A stretch of 62,672 bases of DNA, counting the filler, from Sanchytrium tribonematis (lineage: Eukaryota): NCBI GenBank assembly GCA_018985235.1. It is 12 parts of 12 records of this genome, joined end to end, with 100 filler letters (N's around TTAATTAATTAA, not from the genome) between each part and the next. Parts side by side here need not be neighbours in the genome. Positions count along the whole stretch, not along the records: positions 48,197 to 51,743 come from JADGIG010000847.1; positions 51,844 to 55,389 come from JADGIG010000848.1; positions 55,490 to 59,032 come from JADGIG010000849.1; positions 59,133 to 62,672 come from JADGIG010000850.1; 8 more parts are not named here. One strand, written 5' to 3'. This document shows positions 49,700-61,641 of this stretch, piece by piece; position 1 is the first letter of the stretch; every line of letters starts with the position of its first letter. The notes beneath the pieces were generated by a model that was not told the origin of the DNA, did no database searches, and worked only from the letters and a program-made list of their open reading frames with translations. Both the position numbers and the translations under genes were made by a program.

Positions 49700-51118
49700 T
49701 TACTTGCTATTTTTACAATTTGGTAAATGTCCACGAATATGAATGCCTTTTAATTGAATATTACACATTTGAAGGACTTGTTGATTCAAATCCGGCTTCT
49801 CTTTAAAATACATCAAATGAAAGAATTTATCATAAATTTGTTTATATTTAGAATGATGTGCTACTGCCATTAAAGTACTTTGGTATAGATCAATCGATAA
49901 AATTTTATCATTACTAGGTCTAAAGCACAATAATACTTCATCAGCAGACATGACATTCTGTAAAAATGGCCAAAACATGAAAAATGAACCACGTCTTAAA
50001 AGTGCAGCATCTGAATCATATTCTTTTAATTGATGATAACATTTGATGACGAGTGATTGCAACGATGTATTCGAACTGAGTGTAGAAAATTGACCAATGA
50101 GTTTGGAATATTCTGGATGAAGTTTGGAAAATAAAACATCAAATCGACATAATTCACATCTGCAAATAAATTGGAATTTAGAAATGAAGAAAGATTGTCG
50201 TTTATGGAATGTTGTATCTATTTCTTTGCTGAAATAGTTGATGGTCAATTCTTCACCTTTTTCCAACGACTTCAAAGCTTTTACGACCAATAAATCACCA
50301 ATATAAAACATGTGACAGTTTGCTATGCAAGAATGATTTAAATAGCCAGAATGTTCAAATAATGCATATGTATGTTGGTGCTGTGGCAGTGGGACAGCAT
50401 GTCGATTGACCAATTCAATTATCGCATTTCTATTCAATTGTGGATTTGGTGTCTCTGGATTACTTCTGAATTGTTTTAACTTGTTTGCATAGAATAAATC
50501 AGCACTTTTGACGAGACAATCTTCAATCAATCCCGCTATAGCCATTTCTTGTGATTGTGATGAAGTAAATGACATTAATGCCTTTTGAGTAAATATTAGT
50601 TGGCCACAGCTAACTGATCTAGTCAATACAATTCCCTTTCCTTTATCAGGTACTTCTTTAATCTCAATCTGTTTTAAATAGCTTGTATTATCCAAATTAG
50701 GAGATTTTAGTGATTTCGAGTAAATATCCCCAAAATCATAATAACCACGTAACATCTCACTTTGACGTTGTTTAATGAATATTCTCAATTGTTTACATTC
50801 TAATTTATTCCCATTTAACCTCTCTAAAGCATCTAGTGTCTCCAATCCCTTTTTATACCGATTAGTCAAAATATAAACTTGTGTTAGTCTTAAAAAGGCT
50901 TTTGATAATTCCGGATTTACGATTAATAGTCTATTTCCCAATTCAATCGCACATTCAAACCACCCATTGGCCGTGTAAGCCGCTATCAAATTTAATGATA
51001 ATTTCTCATCTTGTGGATTCACCTCTAACCCTTTAGAATAATATAGAATAGCCAATTGATAATCCCGTTGTTTATACGCCTCATTTCCCATATCTTTATA
51101 ATTGGATTTTTGAATCAT
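49700..51118 (-). CDS. TPR plus SET-domain lysine methyltransferase
   Basis: KDMGNEAYK..AILYYSKGL TPRs; KGKGI, YLNHSCIANC, GEELTINY, FICRCELC. Confidence 0.9.
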   Translation of the reverse strand: MIQKSNYKDMGNEAYKQRDYQLAILYYSKGLEVNPQDEKLSLNLIAAYTANGWFECAIELGNRLLIVNPELSKAFLRLTQVYILTNRYKKGLETLDALERLNGNKLECKQLRIFIKQRQSEMLRGYYDFGDIYSKSLKSPNLDNTSYLKQIEIKEVPDKGKGIVLTRSVSCGQLIFTQKALMSFTSSQSQEMAIAGLIEDCLVKSADLFYANKLKQFRSNPETPNPQLNRNAIIELVNRHAVPLPQHQHTYALFEHSGYLNHSCIANCHMFYIGDLLVVKALKSLEKGEELTINYFSKEIDTTFHKRQSFFISKFQFICRCELCRFDVLFSKLHPEYSKLIGQFSTLSSNTSLQSLVIKCYHQLKEYDSDAALLRRGSFFMFWPFLQNVMSADEVLLCFRPSNDKILSIDLYQSTLMAVAHHSKYKQIYDKFFHLMYFKEKPDLNQQVLQMCNIQLKGIHIRGHLPNCKNSK

Positions 51119-51167
51119 GTTTGAAATCGACGACGTCTGCAAAATTCAGATTTTTAAACAAATTTAC

Positions 51168-51743
51168 TTACACTTTATTTAATGCATCACAGCTATCACT
51201 CATATCTTGAGTATCTTCAATTTCCCTGTAATGTTCCATTTTCTCATCTTCTTTCACCAAATCCAAAGCATTCATCTGAATTTCAATTAAATCCAATGGA
51301 TGTGCTTCCACAGTCACAGGATTGAAGTAAACAAACCCAGAAATGATAAAATAAGTTAATGGTACTAAAGACAAGGCATAATCCAATAAATATTCACCGT
51401 CGTGTGACGTGGTATCATCCCCACTCACTTGTTGCACCACTACCAGTCTCTCTACAAATATGCACGCATATCCAATATATGCAATACACAAATGAATACA
51501 AATTAATTGATAAAATCGACTAGTTGTTTGTTTAGGCCGTGAAAATAAAGAAATTACAGAAATCACCAGTAAAATACTCGTATTGACACTAATGACCACC
51601 ATTCTATCCATATTATTGTTATTACTGACTAGATACACTAATAACAAGTACCAAATCACACTCAATAAACTCAAAATACGATGAATGATAAATCTTGTTT
51701 TTGTGATTTTGAGTAATTTAATATGCTCTACAGTGCGTGGCAT
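51168..51743 (-). CDS. Four-TM membrane protein of unknown function
   Basis: Four hydrophobic segments and acidic tail; ATG lies at the contig edge. Confidence 0.6.
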   Translation of the reverse strand: MPRTVEHIKLLKITKTRFIIHRILSLLSVIWYLLLVYLVSNNNNMDRMVVISVNTSILLVISVISLFSRPKQTTSRFYQLICIHLCIAYIGYACIFVERLVVVQQVSGDDTTSHDGEYLLDYALSLVPLTYFIISGFVYFNPVTVEAHPLDLIEIQMNALDLVKEDEKMEHYREIEDTQDMSDSCDALNKV

Positions 51744-51843
51744 NNNNNNNNNNNNNNNNNNNNNNNNNNNNNNNNNNNNNNNNNNNNTTAATTAATTAAN
51801 NNNNNNNNNNNNNNNNNNNNNNNNNNNNNNNNNNNNNNNNNNN
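51744..51843. other. Artificial contig spacer
   Basis: N44-TTAATTAATTAA-N44. Confidence 0.99.
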
Positions 51844-52315
51844 GGGACTTGTTCCATTCAACCCATTCATTTAATTTGTGATTTGATTGGTGCAACTGTG
51901 TTTGGATTTCCTGGTTGTATGTTCATTGGTGTCACTACTAATCTATCAAGCAAACAAGTAAATCATTGACTTGGGATATCCAGCATCAAAGTAGTTTCTC
52001 AATAAATCCACGAGAGGCCAAAACATTGATCTGATTTGATAAATTACAAAGAACGTGCTTTATACGCGTAATTGCAATATATAGCACTTGCCACAATATT
52101 AATGCTTCAATTTAACAAATAAAATGGTATTTTATGGATTTCTAGTTCATGGAAAAGCAGCCATAAATTTGTTCAAATATTCAAAATTTAGTTTCATCCG
52201 TGAGTAATAAATCTGATTTATAATCAGTCATACTCATTCGTTATTCAATTCATATTAGTATCATTAGACCAATAGCCATTTAAATTCGTCTAGGCCATTC
52301 AAAGTTTCATCACAA

Positions 52316-54665
52316 ATGAGTTCTGCTTTAAAATCTATGTTGATGCTCTATTTAGTCTCTATTACGCGTCTATATGCCATATCAACAGATTGCCCTGTCA
52401 TATTCAACTTTTTACAAGGTTTAAATCTACATTTGACAGATCCAGCACTTTATCAAAGTATTCCAACAAACTGCTGTAATTACTCAAATTATGCATTTGG
52501 ATATTTCAAGATTGTATGTTCAGGTACGGGTGCAAGTGAGCGTGTTACTGGTTTGACGGCTTCTTTTGTACATGTTAATGGAACTATTAAATCACAATTT
52601 CTTCCATCCAGTTTAACATTGCTGGAAATATATGACACTCCACTAAATACAACTATCCCTAATGATTTACCAGGTTCAATTACGACTATATCACTGTACG
52701 ACAATCAATTAAGAGGTTCTATCCCAAATACACTTCCATCTCAACTAGATTCTTTTTTTGTTAATAACAACCAATTAACGGGACTACCGGATTCTTTTCC
52801 CAATACTCTGCTTTATTTATATCTTGATGAGAATCTATTTGATAAATTACCAATTCTTCCACCAAATTTAAGAGATTTTTCAATATCTGGAAATTTGCTG
52901 ACTCGCTATCCAACTAGTTTTCCGTCCACATTGATTGCTTTTCGAATGAAAAATACATTAATTGGTGGTGCATTTCCAACCAATTTTCCAGCATCTCTCG
53001 AACGTTTAACACTTTCGAATAATAGATTGCAAGGAATTATCCCAAGTCTTCCCCCACAATTAATTCAATTGTATGCCGAGTTTAATTTTTTAACTGGACT
53101 ATCCTATGATCCGCCAAAAACTATGAAAACATTATATTTGAATCATAATTTATTCACTAAAATGCCAATATTGCCACCACATTTGGAGCTATTTGATATT
53201 TCCAACAACAAAGTATTTGATAAAATGCCGAGTTCATTTCCAGTCAATTTGGTGGAATTCTCAGGGGAATATAATCAATTATATGGACCAATTCCACCTC
53301 TTCCTAGTCCAATGGACTATTTGTCATTGAGCTACAATCAATTAAATGGGACATTTCCAATTTTAAGCGATTCAATTGTAGCCTTGCTTTTGGATTATAA
53401 TTTATTGACGGGCAGTCTTCCAAATACATGGCCACCTATTTTGTATAGCCTCAATGTAGCAAATAATAAAATGTCAGGAAATTTATCTGGCTTCAATAGC
53501 TCAAAACTACTAAATTTTATTAATTTATCGATGAATTCATTTTCTGGAAATTTGCCAATATTAAATTTAATGACTTACTCAATGTTGGATCTATCTCACA
53601 ATCAGCTATACGGTGATATAGATTTGAATTATACTTACATTGAAGATTTAAGATTGAGTTTCAACAAATTTACCAACTATCCAAAATCACTACCTTTAGA
53701 CATCAAAACGCTTAAATTAGACAATAATCAGATGTCTGGCAATATCAAATATGATTTACCATCATCACTCACTACTATTGATTTGTCAAATAATAATTTA
53801 ACAGGATTTATTCCAAATTGGCAAAATAATATCAATCCAATATATTTTAATATTTCCAATAATTCAATCACTGGCACTATCCCAAAATCACTCCAAAATG
53901 TTAGTACATTGGATATATCTCATAATTACTTAAGTGGGTGCATTGATTACCCATTTAGTGGCTCTAATTTCTATTTAAATGATAATTATTTAAGTGGCAA
54001 TTTCTCATTTGTAGCTCCCTCTCAGCTGTATTTACAGAATAATTATGTAAATGATGTGGTCATAAGTAATGCAACAGTATTAACCAATTGTAGTTTGGCC
54101 AATAATCCAATGGCACCCGGAGTGTTTGGTAAAACATTCAAAAATCAATGTATTTTGACTGGCATCTTCGCAAACAGTCAGAGTACTTGTAGAATATTAA
54201 CAATGGATGAAATACTACATCAAAAGATATTTACAACCACCCACACTATAGAGACTACTGCTATGACGACAGCAGCAACCTCAACGACATTTGAGGCAAT
54301 TCCAATTGATACGACAAACAGTCTTTCAGAAATCTCCTCAAAAGAATCAGATATTACCCTGTTTACTCGTAATTTACTTTCATTTAGGTCCAACCATTCG
54401 CAGTCGCATTTTAGCTACATCTACAATTCAAACTTCCATGATGCCCTCCATGACATTTGAAATGACTCACTCAAATCAAACAATCACTGTTAGTTTGGCC
54501 AATGTCAAACCAATTCAAGTGGCTTTGATTGAATTCACTTTAATGAAAGTCATTCGAATATTCATTTCCGGGATTGTATTTGGTGCTATTTCACAGCAAT
54601 TAATAATGAATATTCGACAATGGAAGAAACAAAAGCCAAAAATGAGCAATACAACTGGCATTTAA
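52316..54665 (+). CDS. Type I membrane LRR receptor-like protein, two exons
   Basis: Signal peptide, Cys cap, ~20 LRRs, T/S-rich stalk; 19-nt intron 54369-54387 joins a hydrophobic segment and basic tail RQWKKQKPK. Confidence 0.85.
54369..54387 (+). other. 19-nt spliceosomal intron
   Basis: gtaatttactttcatttag, phase 1; gives LFT-R-PTIRSRILATST. Confidence 0.85.
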
Positions 54666-54812
54666 TAAATGACTCACATCTCATTACGCCATTTATGATG
54701 CAACTACTCCACAATCCAGCATATCAATTTGCCAAAATGACGTACATTCAAGTATTTGGCAAATATAATGGCGATATCCAGTTTATAAATAGCCAATATA
54801 TCCCCCATTCTC

Positions 54813-55181
54813 ATGTTGTTTTCATTATTCACTTTATCATTTGCGATTCCTGCATTTACCATCAAAGTCATGAATGAAAAAGGTGAATTTGACAGACAAT
54901 TCAACATTGAAATGGACCAATCTGATTTCCAAGACATTAATCAACCCAAATGGTCATTCCATTATGAAGATTTAGACACGCATGTCATTGCTGATGCACC
55001 TTATAACTGGTTATCCATTACATGCAAAACTATTTTTAAAATGGTCCCAAATGGATCCAAATTAAAAATAGTCGTCAATGGCAAATTAGCAGATGAATAT
55101 TTTTTAAAGAAAGATGTATGGAATCAAGGTCAATCTCTCGTATTTGGATCTGCAGCATGGCGTCTATTCAATCACAAATAA
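54813..55181 (+). CDS. Small putative secreted protein
   Basis: Signal-like MLFSLFTLSFA; stop overlaps AATAAA. Confidence 0.6.
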   Translation: MLFSLFTLSFAIPAFTIKVMNEKGEFDRQFNIEMDQSDFQDINQPKWSFHYEDLDTHVIADAPYNWLSITCKTIFKMVPNGSKLKIVVNGKLADEYFLKKDVWNQGQSLVFGSAAWRLFNHK

Positions 55182-55188
55182 AATACAT

Positions 55189-55389
55189 TTATTGTTTTGG
55201 AAATTGACATAATCCCAATGGACCTCGAGTAGCTCCTTTTGGACACACTGTTAAATTTTCCCAATTCCCACATGTTGCAAATCCTAGTGGACATAGCTTA
55301 CATTGATTCTTGACACAATATAAACCCTTTTTACATTTCACTGTCGCGCTACATTTAGGTAATTTTGTTTGAATGGTTTTCAATTTTGC
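55189..55389 (-). CDS. Cys-rich small protein, 5' partial
   Basis: Nine Cys in ~55 aa, open to contig end. Confidence 0.55.
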   Translation of the reverse strand, partial: AKLKTIQTKLPKCSATVKCKKGLYCVKNQCKLCPLGFATCGNWENLTVCPKGATRGPLGLCQFPKQ

Positions 55390-55489
55390 NNNNNNNNNNN
55401 NNNNNNNNNNNNNNNNNNNNNNNNNNNNNNNNNTTAATTAATTAANNNNNNNNNNNNNNNNNNNNNNNNNNNNNNNNNNNNNNNNNNNN
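55390..55489. other. Artificial contig spacer
   Basis: N44-TTAATTAATTAA-N44. Confidence 0.99.
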
Positions 55490-56511
55490 CAATCACAATA
55501 TCTGCAAATTTTAAATAGCAGAATAGGACAATTTATGGATAAACACCAACTACACTAGGAATCTGATGGTATTGTTTTCATGTCAATGACATGAAATGAT
55601 CCCTTTAATAAATTCTTCTTCTTCTTCTTGACAGCCGTGAAGTGCCAAATACACCACATTTTTGGGAATAGCTGGGAATACGTTGTTAAGGGAGTGTATA
55701 TAAGCAGCATCACGGTCTGTCATGAAGCAGGGAATCTCCCTTTGATAATGTTGTTTGAATAATTTCAAGATTTCATTAATCATTAAAATAGATTCAGAGT
55801 ATACATACGCACAAGCAATATCCATACATTGATTCAATTGATTTTTACAGGTAAATATGATTAATTTTAGATTATTTAGATATGTCACATTAAATGTTGA
55901 ATCAAAAATGATTGGACCAATGAATGTATTGGATCGATATACATTCTTGAAGAAGATGAACAGATAATTGAATGCATGATACTGGAATTCATGATCAATA
56001 TTTGGGGGATAATCAATAATAAAATCAATTTCATCATCTTTTTTCATATTAAATAAATTTCTAAAATCATGGAAATCTGGCAGGATATTGTTTATTAAAT
56101 TGATAGCTAAATCCAACTGGAATGTTTCCCGGATAATTTGATAAATGCTTTTTTAAGTGTAACAACGTGTTTGAAGGCAATATGACTGATTCTGATTAGA
56201 TCCTTCAATCTAATAATAATATTTGATTGCGGCAATTCGTGGTTGTGTAGTGAAAAAGTGTGTTCTATAAATTGTTTAGGGCTCCATTGCCATTCTTCTT
56301 GACCATTTTTATCGGGTTTTAATAATAGATTGATGGCAAATTTACACTTTATGTTGGTATTAGGATATTTGTGATTACAAATAAACCGTCCATTTCGCTT
56401 TTTACGATCCATGGAATCATAAAATAAGATGTTATAGCCATGGAATAGTAAATATGTTAGATTGCGCAAATCATCCAATGAAAATGTGTCATTCTTATTC
56501 TCCTCATACAC
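55490..56511 (-). mobile_element. Mutator-like (MULE) transposase pseudogene
   Basis: WRKY/FAR1-like C..C..W..HNH finger; IFDSTFN and FMTDRD catalytic Ds; CIWH in a shifted frame; two frameshifts. Confidence 0.85.
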
Positions 56512-56901
56512 TTGAAGGTTTTACGGAGTTACAATTTGAGGCAACTCTACATGTTCGACATCAATTTCGATGTCATTGGAAGCCATTTGTGTCAAAAAAT
56601 AAATTTATTGTATTCTGAAGCAATCAGTTGCTTATCTTTGTATCAAGTTGCAATGTGGTCTCACATGTGGCAAATGATCAAAATTGCAAATTTCGAACCA
56701 ATAGGCAGTTACGGTGTACGGTGGAATAATATTGACTTGGAAAGATATCGATCATGTCGGTATAATTTTAAATCGATGAATGATTTGGTCATCAAGATAT
56801 TAACCTTACAATTAAATGGAAACTAGATTAAATAGAAAATGAGTGAATTAGCTTGAAAATTGGATTATTTTATTATTAACTATAGCCCATTCAGATTTTT
56901 T

Positions 56902-57300
56902 TTAAATTTGTAATGGAAATATCCATCGATCACCTGTTTCAGACGGAAGCTTTTTCTTTGGAGGCAATTCCTTATATGGCAACAACCTTCCCCATAAATT
57001 TTGAAGTTTCTTTTCATTAGAAAGATTATTTTGAATTTTCTTTAGCAATGTATTAACATTAAAATGCCAGTCCCTATCGGCATCATTCGCATTAATCAAA
57101 GTGCAGACAAGTGTGACAGTCTGTAATACTCGGAAGCGCATGTCACCAATTATTCCCCGATTTAAATGATTAAGTGTCATACACAGCTTACTATTCTCCT
57201 CAATCAACGCATCCAGACCGTCTTCTTCATTTGGATATTCTCCATTTGGATATCCACCAATTGCCATTGCATTCAACATGATCATAAATAGTAAGTTCAT
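56902..57300 (-). CDS. Putative small secreted protein
   Basis: Signal-like MNLLFMIMLNAMA. Confidence 0.45.
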   Translation of the reverse strand: MNLLFMIMLNAMAIGGYPNGEYPNEEDGLDALIEENSKLCMTLNHLNRGIIGDMRFRVLQTVTLVCTLINANDADRDWHFNVNTLLKKIQNNLSNEKKLQNLWGRLLPYKELPPKKKLPSETGDRWIFPLQI

Positions 57301-57555
57301 TTGCAATTTGATCTGTTTGACCCAATCTCCTAAAATGTCACCTCCTCCCTGCTTTGTACTCTATTGTACAACATGATGTTTTAGACCATCGATCGACGAT
57401 CTAGATCCATCTGGCAAATAAAAATCATAAATTTATTCTTCAAATTTGAATATTTTATTATTTGTATCGCAATTTTATAAATATCGGATATCATGTCAAA
57501 TGCAGCAGTATATACACAGGATTACACTCTTTATCAGTCATAATTTTCTAAAATA

Positions 57556-58167
57556 TCATGGCTCAAATTCAAACACATCACCATTTTCTCCATTTCCCAA
57601 CTTACTATCTAATAAATTCATTATATTCTTTAATGATACTAAATGCACATTGACAATACCAACAATATAACAGCTTCTTTCATTTCTATTCAAATAATAA
57701 AATAGTTGCTTTAATTCCTCTAGAAATCTTACAAATATTGCAATATTTCTTACATCATGAATATGCAGTCTGGCATTATTCGGACTACCATCCAGTGCAT
57801 TATTACATATTTGTGTCAATCTACGTTCTTCAATTGACATTCTATCCAATTTATAAGTTATGATATTTTTGCAAACTTTCTCGATATTCTTCTTGAGATT
57901 GAAGATAGGTTGACTGACTGATTTCATAATATTGTCGAGCTTTGTATTGAATAAATCTGCCCAAGCCGTTCTATATGGTGCATTCATGTATCCATCTGCC
58001 AAATTTAAATAAGATTTAATAAGTGGTTGCGCAAATTCAAATACCTTGATTTCACTCAATAACCTACATGTTTCTATAAATCTATAATAAATAGGAGTGT
58101 CAATATATTGTAGGTTCTGCATTTGCTGACACAGCAGTCCAACTGCCATCAAATACATGAAATGCAT
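57556..58167 (-). CDS. Putative secreted protein
   Basis: Signal-like MHFMYLMAVGLLC; 203-aa ORF. Confidence 0.5.
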   Translation of the reverse strand: MHFMYLMAVGLLCQQMQNLQYIDTPIYYRFIETCRLLSEIKVFEFAQPLIKSYLNLADGYMNAPYRTAWADLFNTKLDNIMKSVSQPIFNLKKNIEKVCKNIITYKLDRMSIEERRLTQICNNALDGSPNNARLHIHDVRNIAIFVRFLEELKQLFYYLNRNERSCYIVGIVNVHLVSLKNIMNLLDSKLGNGENGDVFEFEP

Positions 58168-58182
58168 CTCAGTTTGACCCTC

Positions 58183-59032
58183 TTAAAAATCAAATGTTTT
58201 TATTGACCCACTTCCCCTTCTTGCATTTGAGCAGCTAATCCCTCTAATTTCTTGAGTAATTTCTTTTAAATCTGTCATGTGTGAACTCAATAATGCATAT
58301 TTTAATCGTACAAAATCAGTATGCTCCAAATTATCAATATGGACTGTTCCCCATGCATATTCACGCTTATTATCAATAGAGGATGTCACTGCAAATGGCA
58401 AAAGGTCCTAAATGAGTCTAATTTACCCGCAATTCCTTGTTTTCACCCACGGTATCTTCATCATCTTGGTGATGGTCATATGGGAAATTGAAAATGGGGA
58501 TATCATAATATTCAATATCTGCAATACATCTCTTTTTTAATACAACCATTTCTTCATTGGTTAATGAATCACTTTTCGCAATCACTGGGATAATATTAAT
58601 GCGATGTCCTAATAATTTCATAAATTGGATATCCATTTCATGCAAACCATGGCCTGGTGATATGAAATATAAGCATACATGGACTCGATTATCTACGAAT
58701 TTCGGATTTCTCTTAATTCTAGACTCTTCTGCCAAGAAATCATCATATTGTTTTTCAATAAATTGAATCACAGTCTCAAATTGGGAGGTATTGTCAATGG
58801 CATCTCCATATCCAGGTGTATCAATCACACTTAGGGATATTTTAAGACCATCTTCTTCAATTTCAGTGTGATAGGGAATGATTTCCATGGTGGGCTGTAA
58901 TTGGTGATTTCTATCGATGCAGTGGGCGCCTAATGAATTGACAAATGTAGATTTGCCTAATCCGGATCTACCTGCTACGATCATGTTGAATTGGAATACT
59001 TTACGGGCATTTCTACGAGATCGTAAATCAGC
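58183..59032 (-). CDS. Septin, 5' partial, with 19-nt intron and aberrant 3' end
   Basis: GRSGLGKST, DTPGYG, DNRVHVCLYFI, AKSD, LPFAV, REYAWG. Confidence 0.93.
58408..58426 (-). other. 19-nt spliceosomal intron
   Basis: gtaaattagactcatttag; removal gives ENKELR/DLLPFAV. Confidence 0.9.
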
Positions 59033-59132
59033 NNNNNNNNNNNNNNNNNNNNNNNNNNNNNNNNNNNNNNNNNNNNTTAATTAATTAANNNNNNNNNNNN
59101 NNNNNNNNNNNNNNNNNNNNNNNNNNNNNNNN
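59033..59132. other. Artificial contig spacer
   Basis: N44-TTAATTAATTAA-N44. Confidence 0.99.
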
Positions 59133-59481
59133 AGTGTTTTGTTTGGTACCAAGTATTCTGGGTAAGATGTAAAACTGATTGCTATGATGATGGATGAAAG
59201 AAGCATTGTGTCTTAAGGGGATCCTTACTGCGTTCGAAAAATTGTTACGTCTAATACGTGTAGAATAAAAGGATCAATCCAACCTGGGATACAGAGGTAT
59301 TAATAAAGAATATTTTCTTTTTAAATGTGCATCATTTCATACGACTTAATCAAAAATATGGTAATTTTGCCGAATAACATCGAACTACTTATGGCGCTGT
59401 TCAGTGTCAAAAAATTTACCATTTGTACTCAGGTTTTGCCTTTCAAGAATTGTGTGATGTTGCCAAAATGCCCCTTCAAAT

Positions 59482-61591
59482 ATGTATGAGTATCTCATCG
59501 CAATTGCAGTATTGATCATATTACTCAAACCGAAATCGATTCATAACCAGATGACTATCACAAAGTCGAACAACGAAACAATTTATCAATCGATACATGC
59601 CAAAAATGGTCTCAGAACTGGACCTCATCAAACTGCTTCTTCATCAAGTAGTGTCACTAGTGAAGAGCCTTCCACAATGTATGAACTATTAGAATATGCA
59701 TATAAGCACCACAAATCTAAAAATCTTTTTGGGTTTCGTACTTTGATCTCCACATTAACAAAAGATAAGAGGCAGTTTTATAAATTGTCGGACTACAAGT
59801 GGATGTCAATGAGCTTATTTTATAAAAGAACAATTGCTATTGGAAAGTACATTAGACATTTGCTGCAGGACAAGAAAAGTAAGGAATCTATTCCTTCAGA
59901 TCCTGTGCTTATGATTTTCGCTTCAACCTCCGTAGAGTGGCAATCAATTGCACACGCCTGCTTTTCCCAATCTGTAACCATCTCTACTGCATATGATACT
60001 CTAGGACCATCAGGACTAGCGCATTCACTTGTTCAGACTGAAGCCACAATTTTGTATTGTACGTCAGACCAGTTTAAAGTTTTGATTGAGTGTATAAAAG
60101 AAACAAAAGAACATAAATTGAAGAATGTTATTTATAAACGTGGTATGTCACTAGATGATAATCAATTTAACAATTTATTAGGTGAATTGTCAAATTTAGT
60201 TGAAGTGCATGAATATGAGGAATGTGTTATTCATGGCGATGCATTGGATCATCCAGTGATAAAGCCTTCCCCGGACTCTCTTGCTTGCATTATGTACACC
60301 AGTGGAAGTAATTCATATTTATTTAGGCACAGGACAACCAAAAGGAGTCTCTATCTCACATTTGAATCTTTTGAGTACTGTTGGGAGTGCTGTAGATGTC
60401 ATGGGTACCATTTTGACTTCAGAAGATGTTTATTTGGCATATCTTCCACTTGCACATATTCTCGAATTAGCCATTCAAACCGTGTTAATTTATTTTGGAT
60501 GTCAAATGGGCTATGGATCACCACGTACCTTGATTCAGTATGTGACAGACTGCAAAGGAGATTTACAAGCATTACGGCCAACTGTATTTTGTGGTGTTCC
60601 TCAAGTATGGGATACAATCAAAAAGACAATTTCTCATAGGTTGCAGTCACAGAATATCATCAAGAGAAGTGTCTTTTGGACTGCTTACTACTTAAAAAGC
60701 ATTCATATTTACAATGGGTTACCAACTCATCTAATCAGTGACTTGATATTCAAATCTATCAAGGATGTTACTGGTGGTCGATTGAAAATGGGTATTTGTG
60801 GTGGTAGTCCTTTGAATGTCAACACTCAGATATTCATGAGCCATATTTTATGTCCGATTTATCTAGGATATGGAATGACTGAAACAGTTGGAATGGGTTC
60901 ATTATTGACGCCTTTAATTGGGTGGATTCCTGGTGTTGTTGGATGTGTTATGCCCTCTGTACAAATGAAATTAGTCAAGCACGAAGATATGGATTCAAAG
61001 CAGTCAAGCGATCCAAATGTTGGTGAAATTTACTTGCGTGGACCATCTATCTTTAATGGTTATTACAAAAAACCTGACTTAACAAAAGAAGCGTTTGAAG
61101 GTGAATGGTTTAAAACTGGTGATGTTGGACAAGTTGATCCTGATTTTGGAGTTTTGAAAATTATTGATAGAATTAAGAATCTCGTCAAATTAAGCAATGG
61201 CGAGTATATCGCAATTGAGCATTTGGAAAGCGTTTACAAACAATCTCAATTGATTACAAATGGAATGATTTGCGCCGACTCTCATTTAAAATTGCCAATT
61301 CTTGTATGTACGACTAGTCCTCAATTCGACAAAATGTGTGAAGAACATGGTGTAAGCAAAACGGAAGGATTTAAATCTTTACACTCGCAAGTGCTGGAGG
61401 CATTAGTTAAAAGCGGCAAAGAGCATGGACTCAAAGGAACTCAATTAATCGGTGATGTTGTCATGAGTGACTATGAATGGACAAGTGAAAATGGAATGTT
61501 AACTGCTGCTATGAAATTACAGCGAAGACACATCATGGAACATTACAAGGATGAGATCCAGTCTTGTTATAAACGATTGGGAGATGAATAA
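59482..61591 (+). CDS. Long-chain acyl-CoA synthetase (Faa1/Faa4/ACSL3-4 type), two exons
   Basis: IMYTSGSTGQPKG after splicing; YLPLAHILE, GYGMTET, WFKTGDVG, IDRIKNLVK..GEY. Confidence 0.95.
60308..60326 (+). other. 19-nt spliceosomal intron
   Basis: gtaattcatatttatttag; removal restores the AMP-binding motif YTSGSTGxPKG exactly. Confidence 0.95.
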
Positions 61592-61641
61592 ATAGATTTT
61601 GATAGTATCTCATTTCCAGATTTTAAATTATTTTTCAAGAA

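Noticed and set aside
55583..56511. Micro-introns repairing the MULE frameshifts
   Set aside because: I saw no GT..ATTYAG segment at either break; they look like ordinary indels
60281..60639. Programmed frameshift or pseudogene in the acyl-CoA synthetase
   Set aside because: A GT-AG 19-nt intron explains the overlap and restores the motif exactly
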